Of a DNA stretch of 64,000 nucleotides, positions 24,776 to 36,979 are shown piece after piece. The stretch is from Chiloscyllium plagiosum. Taxonomy: Eukaryota. The translations under genes were made by a program, and so were the position numbers. The notes below the pieces were generated by a model that was not told where the DNA came from, made no database searches, and saw only the letters and a program-made list of their open reading frames with translations. Each line of letters opens with the position of its first letter. The stretch's first letter is position 1. The stretch is taken from contig NC_057754.1 of assembly GCF_004010195.1 (NCBI RefSeq), positions 1,588,823-1,652,822 on the forward strand. Direction: 5' to 3'.

Positions 24776-27700
24776 CAAAATTCCAGCCATAATCTACTGG
24801 TTTTGAAGTATTGAACTTCATTTGCAATGGCTTGATGGAATCCCATCAAAAAACATAGTGTATTCCGATTAGATAGACTATTATATTGAAAATTATACAG
24901 GCAGGCCAAAGACTGCCAGAACCCTAAATAATGCCAAAATTATTGCCTGAAAAAAACCTTACTGACAAAATTCAGATCTGTGTAACCTTTATCAGGAGAA
25001 TGTGACATTTAGTTTGAACACCCAGCTAATGTTTCACCCTTCGGGTCTTAAAGTAGAAAAGGGATTTTGGTGCCACAGTCAATTAAATATTATGATGGAA
25101 AATGCAGTAAGACCTTTCTTTGGCTCCCAAAATGTCAATCAGTAAAAGCTTCAAAGAACATTAACTATAGCGAAGATTTAAAACTATCGCAAATGTTTAA
25201 AAATTTTTGAAATAGTTTAGACTGGATAATGGAGTATTGCGTATCTAATCACACAAATAAAATTACAGCATTTAAAATGATTTCACGCAATACTTCAGAT
25301 GTAAAATCATCTTTGATACTAATTAGCAGAATTTCACTTTAACCCTTTTTTTGACAGAAAATTATTCTTTCATTTGTCATTCCATTTCACACTCTTAATT
25401 CACTTAGTTTCCTTAAACCAACTTTTCCTAGGTTGAGCAGCTTAACGGCTGATCTCTTCCCAGGCTTCTGCTAAAATATCTTTGAACCAGTTGTTCGGAA
25501 GTATAACTGGACAATTCTGCGATGATTTTCCCTCTGATCTTTCCTCCCTTCCCCGAGACAACTTGTAACTTTCTACAAAAATGACTTTGAGATTGGGAGT
25601 TCACTTGTAAGAGGTATCTTTACAAATCTGGGTTCTAGAATTCTGTGGAACATTTTATTAAAAGTTCCAGCAAGTTTCATGCTGATTTTAGGATCCTGTG
25701 CAATGACATTGCTGTAACTTTATATAAAATGTGTGCTCCAGGATGTCTTCTGTTTTCATTTATTTGGTAACTATTTTTTAAAAAATTACTTAAATAAATT
25801 AATTATTTGTTTAAAAAAAGTTCAATCTTGAACTCGCTCCCCTATCGAAAACCCTCCAATTTCTGTGCTTTGAGATAATAGTGTAAAATCAATACATTTT
25901 TAATTAACTTGAGAATTTTTGACAGTGCTGAAGTACAGCAAAAATATCAGAGCCATTTACTGTTTAGAAAGTGCAATTATGATTTGGAACCTTTTTTTGC
26001 CTCAGGGTAAAGATATTATGAATAAGGTAAAGAGTGTAACCCAGTATATTGTTCTGAAAAGCTTCAAGTGTTCTATTTACATAGCACACTGGAGCTCCAG
26101 TATACTGCCCCACCCGATTACATTTCTTAGCTTTTTTTGAGATCACTAATCAAGCAAGGGAGGGTTATATTTACAATTAGCCTTTATATCACCGTTCTAC
26201 TGCACAAAATATTGGCCATTCTAAACCTTAACTGTGCTGCACAAGTGATTCGATGGCTTCACTTTCAAGCTTGCAGCATCCAGAGCATGTAAACTTGATG
26301 CAGGAACTCCCATACCTGTCTTTACCTCAGAATCTGTTCTGTTTCAGCAAAACTGAAAACTCAGAAAAATCACACACTTCTGAAAAATATGAAGAGATTT
26401 TCCTAGTTTGACAGCATTGTATTTGGAAAGACAACGTTATTTTGTTTAAAATGAAAAATTGAAACATTTTATTTATGTTGAAAAGAAGGACTATTGAATA
26501 TTTACTTGTTTAAAGATATGATTCAGAACTAACTGTGCAAAAATTTTATTGCAGCATATTTCAAGTGTCTTCAGCAATAATTTTGGAATGATTAAATATT
26601 ACTCAATAGATCACTTTTTCATTGCAGATGTTCGCCAAATACAGCTATCAGCTGTACTGAACCATTAGCTTCAATTTTAATAGAAACAATACGATTGTAA
26701 CATCTTAAAAATGTGTGATTACGAAATTGCTTTTTGATGAAATCTGTTGGTTGCTGTATAATAAACGTGGTGAACCAGTCCCTTGACAATCTAATTACAG
26801 TTGCACCTCCACATTAATAGTGGGGGCCAGTGCAACTCGCATCTGACTGACAAATCACAGTGGAGAGCGATGCACAGAAGCCTCTCTGTCGTTAAACAGC
26901 AAGAGCAAAGAACCAGTGTAAAAGCACCTTATTATTCATTTTTATTCTGACGAATGCTAGCCCTCAACACTATTTTATTTCCAATTTCAACCTTAAAACC
27001 CACTGGAAAAAGCAAGTCTAAAAATGTTACCTATCTCAAAGTGTGAACTGATCAGAAATAAGAAAAATTTATATCCTGTCAAAGGACTAATTTAGCATTG
27101 TTCTTATCAATATGCCACCTTGGAGAAATTAATTATACCTTAATATTGTGATTATTTTGGCTCATCACCTCAAATTGTTCTTGCAACTAATATTATGACA
27201 GACTTGTAATGCCAGTGTTTCAGTCTGGCTCATATGTAACTCAGATTGCTTCCTTCAATGTAACCTAAGTTCAGGAGGGTGAAATCTATAACTTAGTGTT
27301 CTGTCCATCTTTTAAGTGAATCTCATTTGGAAATTTAATGTAGCATTCCCTCACCCATTTGCAGTTTACTGAAATCCCAGTGGGAACATTGAGACTGTCT
27401 TGAATCTTACCTCCTTTGCTGTGTTTTTAGTTCATGGAGTTTCTGAATTGCCCAGAATTAGCTGTAGTGGCATGCATCGGCTCTCTGCTGGTAAGGTCCT
27501 CCTTTTGGTTTATTCAGTGTTTCGTCTCAGGCACACATCAGTAGTTTCTCATTATCCCACTTACACAGGCAAATCCCCCACACATTCCAATGTACACATT
27601 CCAGGCTCTGAGTGAGATCGTACTTCGAGTCAAGAAAAGGTCCTGAAAAGATTTCAGCTTCTTGGATATATTTGTCTTTTTTAAAAGCTGGATAAGTCTT

Positions 27701-28689
27701 TTTTTTGTCTCAGTCCAAACCAGTTTCTTGCAGATTGCTTCAAAACTGGATTCTTCAGCAGGAAGCAAGGAAAAAGCTGCAGTTTGTATTTCTGCTACTG
27801 GGAAGTGCAATCTCCAGAATAAAGTAGGTGGGAGTCCTGGTGTAATATTACATAGCTGTGGAGTTAAAACGCAAGCCTTTATCTGTTCAATCACTTGACT
27901 TGCAATTCATAGCTGTGACAACTCTTAAGGAACCCCCCACCCCCCGTCCCCAGTGCGCACATTGAATAGTGGTGTTCACTTGTATAACCAGAGAATCCAG
28001 CACTTCTTGTTGTTTGTAATACTTCTTGTGGACACGTTAGCAGTTGAAATGACACAGAGCTGCTCTGTCGGTTGCCCTTTTTCTAACAAGGCAGATGTTC
28101 TTCCTGTAGCCTTGTTTGTCCTTTTTTAAAAAAACAACCAAGATTTCCCTACAAACAGTAAAAGAAAATTAGCCACATCCTTTCGATTATTCACTTGCTT
28201 TATTGCCGTAGGTTTGAAAAAATACTTATTTTTGCTTTCATTTCTCTTTTTTCTTCAGTTTACATGAGTGTATGGGCATGAAGGTTCTTTATATTCCTTT
28301 TGCGTTAACCTAAACAGGGAGTCTTGACAGCATAGATTGAGCTCTTACATTCGTAATGTCAACTCAGCAGGGAGGGAGTCATTGGAGACAGCTGAGCAGC
28401 AGGGACTCTGATTTCCTTTCCTTCTTGGCCCTGATTTTGATGTATCGGTGATTTTCCAGCCGAGCTGAAATGAGTGACCGTTGATTTTGTCCTGATCTAT
28501 GTGATTCAAACATTCCACCTTTACCAACTGGTATAGCTGGGAAACAATGCTGGACTGGTTGTTATTTTGGATTCACCTTTTGGGGATCTGGGAGTACACA
28601 GAAAATGCTGTAGCATGACTCCAGGGCCCATACTGCAGCTGTAGTACCATAGGTTTTATCATTAGTGACCATCTCTTTACAAGCCCTAG

Positions 28690-29660
28690 GCTCATTGAGA
28701 AGTGCACTTACCTCTCAGTCTGAAAGTTATACATAAAAGTCCCCCTTCAAGATTTGAACACAAGAATATGGGCTGACAATCCACTACTATTGCATGAGTG
28801 AGTCCTGCAATGTTGGAAGTATCAGACTGCCTCACTGTCAGAGGGTCAGTACCAAGTGAACACTGCATATTGGATAACTAGTACCAAAGAAATACTGCAT
28901 TGTTAGATGGTCAGTACTGAGATGATGCTACCTGTTAGAGGGTCATTACTGAAGGAGCACAGAACTGTTGGAGAGGCAATAGCCGAGTGAGTGTTGCATT
29001 GTCAAGAGTCAATGCTGAGTGAGCGCTGCACTGTCAGACAATCATTGCTAAGGTAGCATTACACTGTTGGAGGGACATTACAGAGGGACTGCTGCACTGT
29101 CAGAGGCTTGGTCCTGATGGAGCACCACACTATTGGAGGGTTACTAATGAGGAAGTACTACAGTTTTAGAGGGTCATTTCTAAAGGAGTACTGCAGTGTT
29201 GGAGGTTCACTAATGAGGGAATGCCGCACTGTCATAGGATCAGTAATGAAGGAGTGCCACATTGTTAGAGGGTCAGTACTGAAAGGGTGTTGCACTGTTG
29301 GAGTACTGAAGGAGTGCTGCGCTGTTGGAGGGTCAGTACTGAAGGAGTGCTGCATTGTCAGATTGTTAGTACTAAGGAAGTGATGCAATACTGGAGGGTT
29401 AGTACTGCGGAAGTGATGCACTGTTTTTGGATAAACCTTTAAAATGATGCTCACTCTAGCCTCACACTGAGTTAGCCTGGCGTCATGAATAATTTTAATC
29501 CCTCAATTACTATTACTGAAACAGAAATCTGGCTTGTAACAGGAATTTGCCATGAATAAATTGGATGCTGTGTTTCCTGCATTGCCAGTTTGTACAGATC
29601 AAGTACCTAATTCAGCATAAAATATTTGGAGCATTCTTAGGTTGTGAAAAGCACTTGAGA
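28690..29660 (+). mobile_element. Deu-domain SINE with internal 33-bp tandem expansion
   Basis: Decayed tRNA-like head at 28690-28780, array ~28790-29425, SINE 3' part (aaattggatgctgtgtttcctgc) after ~29500. Confidence 0.7.
28790..29425 (+). repeat. Minisatellite, 33-bp unit CTGCACTGTTGGAGGGTCAGTACTGAAGGAGTG, ~19 diverged copies
   Basis: Direct periodicity; produces the 11-aa repeat (GGSVLKECCTV-like) in ORF 29108-29383. Confidence 0.9.
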
Positions 29661-30435
29661 AATTAAAGTACTTTTTTTTCAAATCAACTTTTAGTGTAAT
29701 ATATACAGAATAATGTTTTTTGTTTTCTCTCCCCTCTATGGCATTTACTGTCAGGGTGAAATTTTCCTTTATTGAAAAATCAGGTTTATCTGCAAATGGT
29801 TGTGGGAAAATGAGACTGCACACTGGGAACACATTTAAGAGCGAGTGCGTTTCCTGTTCACCACTGACTGTCTTTTATGGAAAAGTCCATTAATGTTGAC
29901 AGTGGAGTAATTGTTTGAAATAGAGGAAGTAGTCATGTAAAAACTGAACCCAACATAACTGATGAATTTTCTCTTATTTCTCAGTGGAACAGAGCTTGTG
30001 AAGAACACAAAATGAAAAGTTTAACTTATTGCACCCAACCCTCCTTATAAAGGTTGCTGTTACACCAGTATTCATATTTCCACTTCTGATGTACAGTGTA
30101 TTATTGCCACTCTTACAAGCCCACCATATTATTAGGCTCCGAATAGAAAATCATCTTTGTTACATACTTTTCTCATGAGCAAGATCTCTGGTGTTCTGCA
30201 TTCTCAGTGGCTATGATTTTGGCAGTTTTGGCTGCAAAGTAAACAAGACAACACCACAATTACTGAGTAGTTCACTTCTGTGTAAAAGGGTGGTCAGCTC
30301 TGGCACCTTTGAAGGCAGCACTGCTTCCCGTGATAAACGTAAACACTTCAAAATCTGAGGTCACAGGTGAGCTGAGGACTAACCCCAACATCTCAAGTTA
30401 ACCCTGAAGTTTCTGCATGACTAGATCTACATGAA

Positions 30436-30515
30436 GGTAGCTTTTGCCCGAAACGTCGATTTTGCTGCTCGTCGGATGCTGCCTGAATTGCTGTGCTCTT
30501 CCAGCACCACTGATC
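30436..30515 (+). mobile_element. 80-bp Penelope family A fragment
   Basis: gcttttgcccgaaacgtcga...ccagcaccact. Perfect 15-bp TSD ctagatctacatgaa at 30421-30435 and 30516-30530. Confidence 0.9.
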
Positions 30516-31139
30516 CTAGATCTACATGAACTTTACTTACATATTGACCTGAAACAAAGCCAGGTGCTTCATTGAACTGTAAATCTATGTATGTATGTAT
30601 TGGCTTTCTTTTGTTCTGATGCAATAAAATCTGTCCAGCATTTAAAATACAGAGGGTTCTGTAGAAATGGAAACTAAGGTACTGCAGAATTCCTTCAGGA
30701 AACAGCTTTGTAAAAAACCTTTAGTTGTAATATCCCTGTTACATTTTACAGTCTGGTTATAGCAGCCTGATTTTTTAAATATCACTTTTTATTACTTTTG
30801 GCACATTCAGTATGATTAAACCTTGGAAGTGAGTTACAGAGTACTGCTTGAAGAGTTGTGGAAGGTAGTGGTTGTAGGTTAAGGGGGTGCTGCAGGGTTT
30901 GTACAAGAATGAAGAAAAGCTTTATTGGTTTCTATCTGTTTTGTTCACTTGGAAATTAGTTTCGGACCTTGAACTTGATCTTTGTTAAGTTTGTGAAATA
31001 AAAAAGGCTTCAGTATTTGGTAATTTTTCATTTGAGTTGTCTTGTTTCTATCAGTAAAAGGCTATACTTATAAGTAGTATCACTTGCTATTCAGTGATAG
31101 AATTCTTACTTTACAGTTTAAAAAAAAAACTAAAATCTT

Positions 31140-31560
31140 GGCTGACACTTTGTCACTTTTATGCTGTACTGAGGGAGTGCATCACTGCTGTTTTTGTATA
31201 AGGGATAATTAGCAGAGGCCCTATCTTCCCTTGCAGGTGGAGGTAAGAGATTTCACAATCATTATTTCAAAGAAGAGTTCACCTTGGTGTCTTGGCCAAC
31301 CTTCATCCCTCAATCAAGGCAGATGAAAACAGAAACTGCTGGAGAAAGTGAGCAGGTCTGGCTGCGTTTGCAGAGGGAGAAAAACAAATGTGTTGAATCC
31401 AATGACTCTTCTACAGTAATGAGATTGTGTTCAGTCTCCAGTTGTTGGGATAGTGCTGTATGCAAATTGGCTGCCACATTTCCTACGTTAGGTTAATGAT
31501 TATATTTTCTAAACTACAATGCTCATGTTGTGTAAGATGCAATATTAGTGCAATTCTTTT
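31140..31560 (+). mobile_element. Deu-SINE fragment with nested minus-strand family D-like PLE piece (~31320-31412)
   Basis: gtactgagggagtgc, gcaaattggctgccacatttcctac; nested tgctggagaaagtgagcaggtctggc. Confidence 0.65.
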
Positions 31561-31754
31561 TTCTTCCAATTTTAATGCTTGACTTTCACTGAAGTATTAA
31601 AGGTTTGGGATATTGACGCCAGGATATTTGCATGGTAATGTTTGAAATGTTTGCCCTATTTGAGATATGCTGTTATGTGCAAGAGACTATTTGGAGCACT
31701 GTAGTAGAAAGGATTATTTTGAATAGAGTGTATGATATTTTATTATGGACTATT

Positions 31755-32330
31755 TAGGCTGGAGACTTGGGTAGAGAATTGGCAGATGGAATTTAATCTG
31801 ATGCAGTTCTGGTTGCCCTACTATAGAAAGGATATTATTAAACTAGAAAGAATGCAGAAAAAGCTCACTGGTATGCTACCTGGACAGGAAGGCTTTTGTT
31901 ATAAGGAGAGGTTGGATATGCTGGGACTTTTTTTCCCTGGAGTGTAGGAGAAAGGAGTGAGTTTATAGAGGTATATAAAATCATGAGAAGCATAGATAAT
32001 GTAGAATGCAGACAATTTTTCTCATAGTCCAAAGGGGAGTCCAAAATTAGAGGGGATAGGTTTAAGGTGAGAGGGGAGAGATACAAAAGTGTCCAGAAGG
32101 GCAATTTTTTCACACAGAAGGTGGTGAGTGTCTGGAACAGGCTGCCAGAGGTAGTGATGGAAGCGAGTACAATTTTGTCATTTAAGTATCATTTAGACAG
32201 GTTCATGGATGGGATAGGTATTGAGAGATATGGACCAAATACTGGCAAATGGGACTAATTTAATTGTAAAAAATGGGCAGCATGGGCGAGTTGGGCCGAA
32301 GGGCCTGTTTTCATGCTGTACACCTCTTGA
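31755..32330 (+). mobile_element. CR1 3' fragment
   Basis: WQMEFN, QFWLPYYRKDIIKLERMQKK, NFFTQKVVSVWNRLP; CR1 tail. Confidence 0.9.
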
Positions 32331-33085
32331 CTTTAATACGGGAGAGGAGTATACAGTAAATGACAGAACTCTTAGGAGCATCAACATATAGAGGGATACA
32401 GGTCCACAGTTCCCTGAAAGCATCAACACAAGTGGGTAAGATGCTAAGAAGGTATGTGTCATGCTTGCCTTCATCGGTTGGGGGGCATGGAGTTTAAAAA
32501 TTGGCAAGTCATGTTATAGTTGTACAGAACTTTAATTAGGCTGGATTTGGAATATTGTGTACGGTTCTGGTCGCCAGACTATCAGAAGGATGTGGAAACT
32601 TTGGAGAGGGTACAGAAAAGGTTTGCCAGAATTTTGCTGGTTTGGAGGGTATTAGCTATGAGGAGAGGTTGGACAAACTCAAGTTTGTTTTTACTTGAAC
32701 ATCAGAGGCTGAAGGGTGACCTATGTTGTTTACAAAAGTGTGAGAAGGATAGATAGAATGGAATTTTTTTTTCCCCCAGGGTAGAAATGTCAATTCCTAG
32801 AAAACATAGGTTTAAGGTAAAAGGGAGAAAGTTTAAAGGAGATATGAGAGGCAGTTTTTTTTTACACCGATGGTGGTAAGTGCCTGGGATGCGCTGCCAG
32901 AGGAGATGGTGGAAGCAGATACAATAGCAATGTTGAAGAGGCATCTTGACTGATACATGAATTGGCAGGGAATAAAAGAAATAAAGACTGTGTGAATGTG
33001 AAAGATTTTTAATTTTAAAAAGGCATCATGTGTCGGTGTAGGCTTGATGAGCTGAAGGGCCTGTTCCTGTGCTGTACTGATCTTT
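32331..33085 (+). mobile_element. CR1 3' fragment (second subfamily)
   Basis: YRTLIRLDLEYCVRFWSPDYQKDVETLERVQKRF; tail gctgaagggcctgttcctgtgctgtac. Confidence 0.9.
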
Positions 33086-33574
33086 GTTTTCTTTGTTCTA
33101 AAAGGATACAGTGTGACTCAGGTTGATAGAACGGTCATTGTAAATGCAGTCAGACAAATAATGGGTCTTACTCCCAGTTGGGTTGTTGTGAGGTAGAAAT
33201 CTAGAAGATAGGGTCAGCACTTCTCTCTTGAAACTATGTTTATCTGGGCTGTGATCAATACTGTCTCAGTAGCCAGTTCGAAAGCACCATGCGTTAGGAA
33301 CAGAAAATCTCTAAACTAGGACAGAATGTAGGAACTTTCAGAGAGGAGCCTGTAAGAATCTTACAGTGATATTTGGTGTTACAGGCGCTCTCCTCGAAGT
33401 GCAGATATCACAGGATGTATTGATAGCTGTTGTCAATAGCTAATGTGCCTGGAATCCAAGATGGCAGTGAAATGGGATGCTGCAGTTGGAGCTCGTCTGC
33501 TCAAACCTTTCCCTTCTTTTTCTTTTTTTAAATCTCGTGTTTTTTTTCTCTTTTTTTTTCCTCTTCCGCCAGCA

Positions 33575-35100
33575 GCTAGGAATGGAGTGGGGACTGCAGT
33601 CAGCAGCCTGGAATGGAGCAGGGATAATGGTCAGTGACCCAGAACAGTGTGGGGACAACCAGCGGCCTGAAGCGGGGCGTGGCCAGCAGCCTAAAGTGGA
33701 ATGGGGAGAGCAGTCAATGGTCCAGAATGGAGCAGGGGCAACCAGAGGCCTGGAACAGAGGAGGGACGGACAGTGGCCTGAAATGGATGCAGCCAGCAGC
33801 CCAGAGCAGGGACAGCAGTCAGTGGCCTGGAACAGAGTGGGGGCAGCCAGCACTCCAGAACGGTGTGGGATAGTTGTCAGCAGCCTGGAATGGAACAGGG
33901 ACAGTGGTCAGTGGCCCAGAATGGAGTGGAGATGGTGGTCAGTGTCCCAGAACCCAGCAGGGACAGCTAGTAGCCCAAAGCAGGGTGGGAGCAGCCAGTG
34001 ACCTGGAATGGAGCATGGAATATGGTCAGCGGAATGGGGGGGCTGCCAGCAGCCCAAAACAGTGTGAAGAGGCCAACGCGCCTGGAGCATAGTAGGGACG
34101 GACAGTGAGCCTGGAGCAGAGCTGGAATGGCCAGTGGACCTGGAGTGAAGTGGGGATGGCCCGCAGGCCTGGAGCAGAGCAGGGGTGGCCAGTTGGCCAG
34201 GAGCAGAATGGGGATGGCCATCAGGCCTGCAGAAGAGCGGGGACAGCCATCAGGCCTGGAGCAGAGCGGGGACTGCCAGCGGGCCTGGACCAGAGCCGGG
34301 CCTGGAGTGAAGTGGGGATGGCCAGTGAACCTGGTCCAGAGCAAGTCAGCCAGCAGGGGCTTTTGCCCGAAACGTTGATTTTACTGCTTCTTAGATGCTG
34401 CCTAAATTGCTGTGCTTTTCCAGCACCTCTAATCCAGCAGGCGTGGAGCAGAGCGGGGACAGCCAGCGGGCCTGGAGCAGAGCGGGGACGGCCAGCAGAC
34501 CTGGAGCAGAGCGGGGACAGCCAGCAGGCTTCGAGCAGAACGGGGATGGCCTGCAGGTCTGAACCAGAGCGGGGACAGCCAGCAGGCCTGGAGCAGAGCG
34601 GGGACGGCCAGCAGGCCTGGAGCAGAGCGGGGACGGCCAGCGGGCCTGGAGCAGAGCGGGGACGGCCAGCGGGCCTGGAGCAGAGCGGGGACAGCCAGCA
34701 GGCTTAGAGCAGAACGGGGACGGCCTGCAGGTCTGGAGCAGAGCGGGGACAGCCAGCAGGCCTGGAGCAGAGCGGGGACAGCCAGCAGGCCTGGAGCAGA
34801 GCGGGGACGGCCAGCGGGCCTGGAGCAGAGCGGGGATGGTCAGCGGGCCTGGAGTGAAGCGGGGACAGCCAGTGGGCCCAGAGTAAAGCTGGGACAGCCA
34901 GCAGAGTGGAGCAGAGTGGGACAGCCAGTGGGTCTAGAGTGAAGCTGGGTTGGTCAGCAGAGTGAAGCAGAGTGGGGATGGTCATTGGGTCTGGAGCAGA
35001 GTGGGATGACCAGTGGGCCAGAGTGAAGTGGGGCCAGCCAGCAGAGCAGAGCAGAGTGGAGATGGCCAGCTGCACTGAGCAGAGTAGGGATGATGGCTGG
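33575..35100 (+). repeat. GC-rich minisatellite, 29-bp unit GCCTGGAGCAGAGCGGGGACAGCCAGCAG, ~50 copies
   Basis: Direct periodicity; near-identical units at ~34440-34850, diverged toward both edges. Confidence 0.95.
34358..34433 (+). mobile_element. Penelope family A fragment nested in the VNTR
   Basis: ggcttttgcccgaaacgttga...ccagcacctctaat, flanked by ccagcagg on both sides. Confidence 0.85.
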
Positions 35101-36017
35101 CGGGACCCAGACCAAAGGTGGTTAATTGTTGGGGTCCAGTGGAGCCCAGTCAGACCCCACGGAAGCCCTTAGAGAAAGACTGTACTGTCTATCGTTTTGG
35201 CTTTATTTCTTATTTTGCTAACTTATATTGTGTATATTTGTAATGTAGTGCAACTTCTTTTTTTTATTTTTTCTATATATTTGCACCTATGATTTATACA
35301 TCGGTACTTTGTACCTAAGATGGCGCCGTGTGTTGGTGACACTGTACACTTTTCACTGTAATCCTGTTCTTTTGTAACTTGAGTACCCGTGACAATAAAT
35401 CTTATTTTATTCTATTGTGTTCTACTCTATCTGCCATCTTGGCTGTGGCTTAGTGGTTGAGCTCTCAAACTAGCAATGTCACTTGGCAAAGTCTAGTTTT
35501 GGGAAAGGCCTCGGTCACTTATAGCATTGGAAATGGATCTGTAACATTAAAAGAGCATAAAATAGCAAAACTAATGCCTTGAGACAGCTTAAATAAGTAT
35601 TTTACAACTTTTAACGTTGTCCAGTCTCTTGATGAAATTGGTGACTGCAGAAATTTCACTGCTGTCATTTTTGTAAAGCCAGTTGATGTGATTCCTGCTT
35701 TTGATCTGCTTTTGTTTGCCTTTACAACGCTAAATAATGTGAGAGATGCTTTCTTCCATTTTCCTCAGTTGATGATTGTCACCATTATTTAAGCATTTGA
35801 TTTCTTTAATTGTGATTATTATCTAAACAGCAACTGTGTAAAATGCCTTACCAGTAGCTCTGCTGCTAGTTTGCTGGAGACGAGATAAACACATCGATGA
35901 TGATCGATGAGAATAGCTTTCCTAACAACAGACTGAAAATTGAATGAAAATTGACATGGCCTGTTTTCCTGCAATTTCACTTAGTAAAATGTTTGCTCAT
36001 TCTAGGCTAGACACTGT

Positions 36018-36250
36018 AAAAGTAAAGGTAAAGTTTCTGTACTCTAATCAGACCATAAGACTGCTCTCTCTCATTAGATAAAATCAGCTGATTGTAGTTT
36101 AACGTGAGGCTCACCGTGCCTCAGGCAAGAGGAAGGATTGAGAAGGTAAATCTTCCATGGCATCTTCAGCCAGTGCAGAAATTGAACACACACACTTTTG
36201 GTATCACTCTGCATCACAGACCAGCCAACCAGCCACCTGAACTCAACTTG
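36018..36250 (-). mobile_element. tRNA-derived SINE with (tttacc)-type tail
   Basis: Reverse complement matches the 42070-43110 SINE (ccttctcaa..., tgagagagagcag..., actttacctttac). Confidence 0.7.
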
Positions 36251-36979
36251 AAGAACATGAATTGTGGATGTAAACCAGTCCTACAATTTTGCTACAAAGT
36301 ATCTTGCCACAGTATCAGCTTGAAGAAAAAATGTCATTTTACACAAAAGCTGTTTCAGTCAGCCTGCAGATATGATAAGCCAATTGAAAATAATCTGTAT
36401 TTCTGTTGAGATGCAGCATCTGGTGTGATGCAATTTTCTTTTGACTTTTTGAATGGATTTCATTGCTTGGTATTAACAAAGGCTGACTATACTGAATGCT
36501 TTAACAACAATCACTTGTCTTTGCACAGAAGCAGGAGAAACGTTATGCAGATGCTGCCAGTTGAAATACTAATGATATACGTGTAAGAGTTGAGTTTCTG
36601 ACGCCAAACCATTAGCCAAAAAGTAAGGGAATGAGTTGTACATGAGCCATATGCTTGAGGGATTAACGTCCACCTTTTCCCATCATCTCTACATCTAACA
36701 CTAGACAATGGCTCCTCCGCAGATTGAAAATTTGTAAGATCAAGGATCATTCTTGACAACCCACTGTCAAAACTATGTGAAAGGAATCAAAAAGTATTTT
36801 TATTATTTAATTTTAATTTGTAAAATAATAACTCCCAGACACAGATTAATTTGTTTATTAAATTAAATTCAAATTATCAAATTCATCAAAAACAAAAGCC
36901 ATATACAATCCTGTCATCACTGGCTATACAATTCCAAAAAATAATCACTTCTATCTCATCAGATACGTTAGCTGTCCTG

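Larger units (their letters stand above)
33456..35415 (+). mobile_element. Putative composite non-autonomous retroelement: CCAAGATGGC head, 29-bp VNTR, Rex1-like tail
   Basis: Head at 33456, T-rich tract ~33505-33560, VNTR 33575-35100, tail tttcactgta...gtgacaataaa followed by simple repeats. The tail recurs at 14160-14312. Confidence 0.55.

Noticed and set aside
25430..25590. Exon-like segment with short open frames on both strands
   Set aside because: No convincing donor site and no recognisable peptide.
28790..29425. CRISPR-like array or Cys-rich repeat protein
   Set aside because: Head-to-tail units without unique spacers, vertebrate context, derived from a SINE.
33440..35172. Cluster of 60-200 aa ORFs
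   Set aside because: Products of the stop-poor 29-bp VNTR, not genes.
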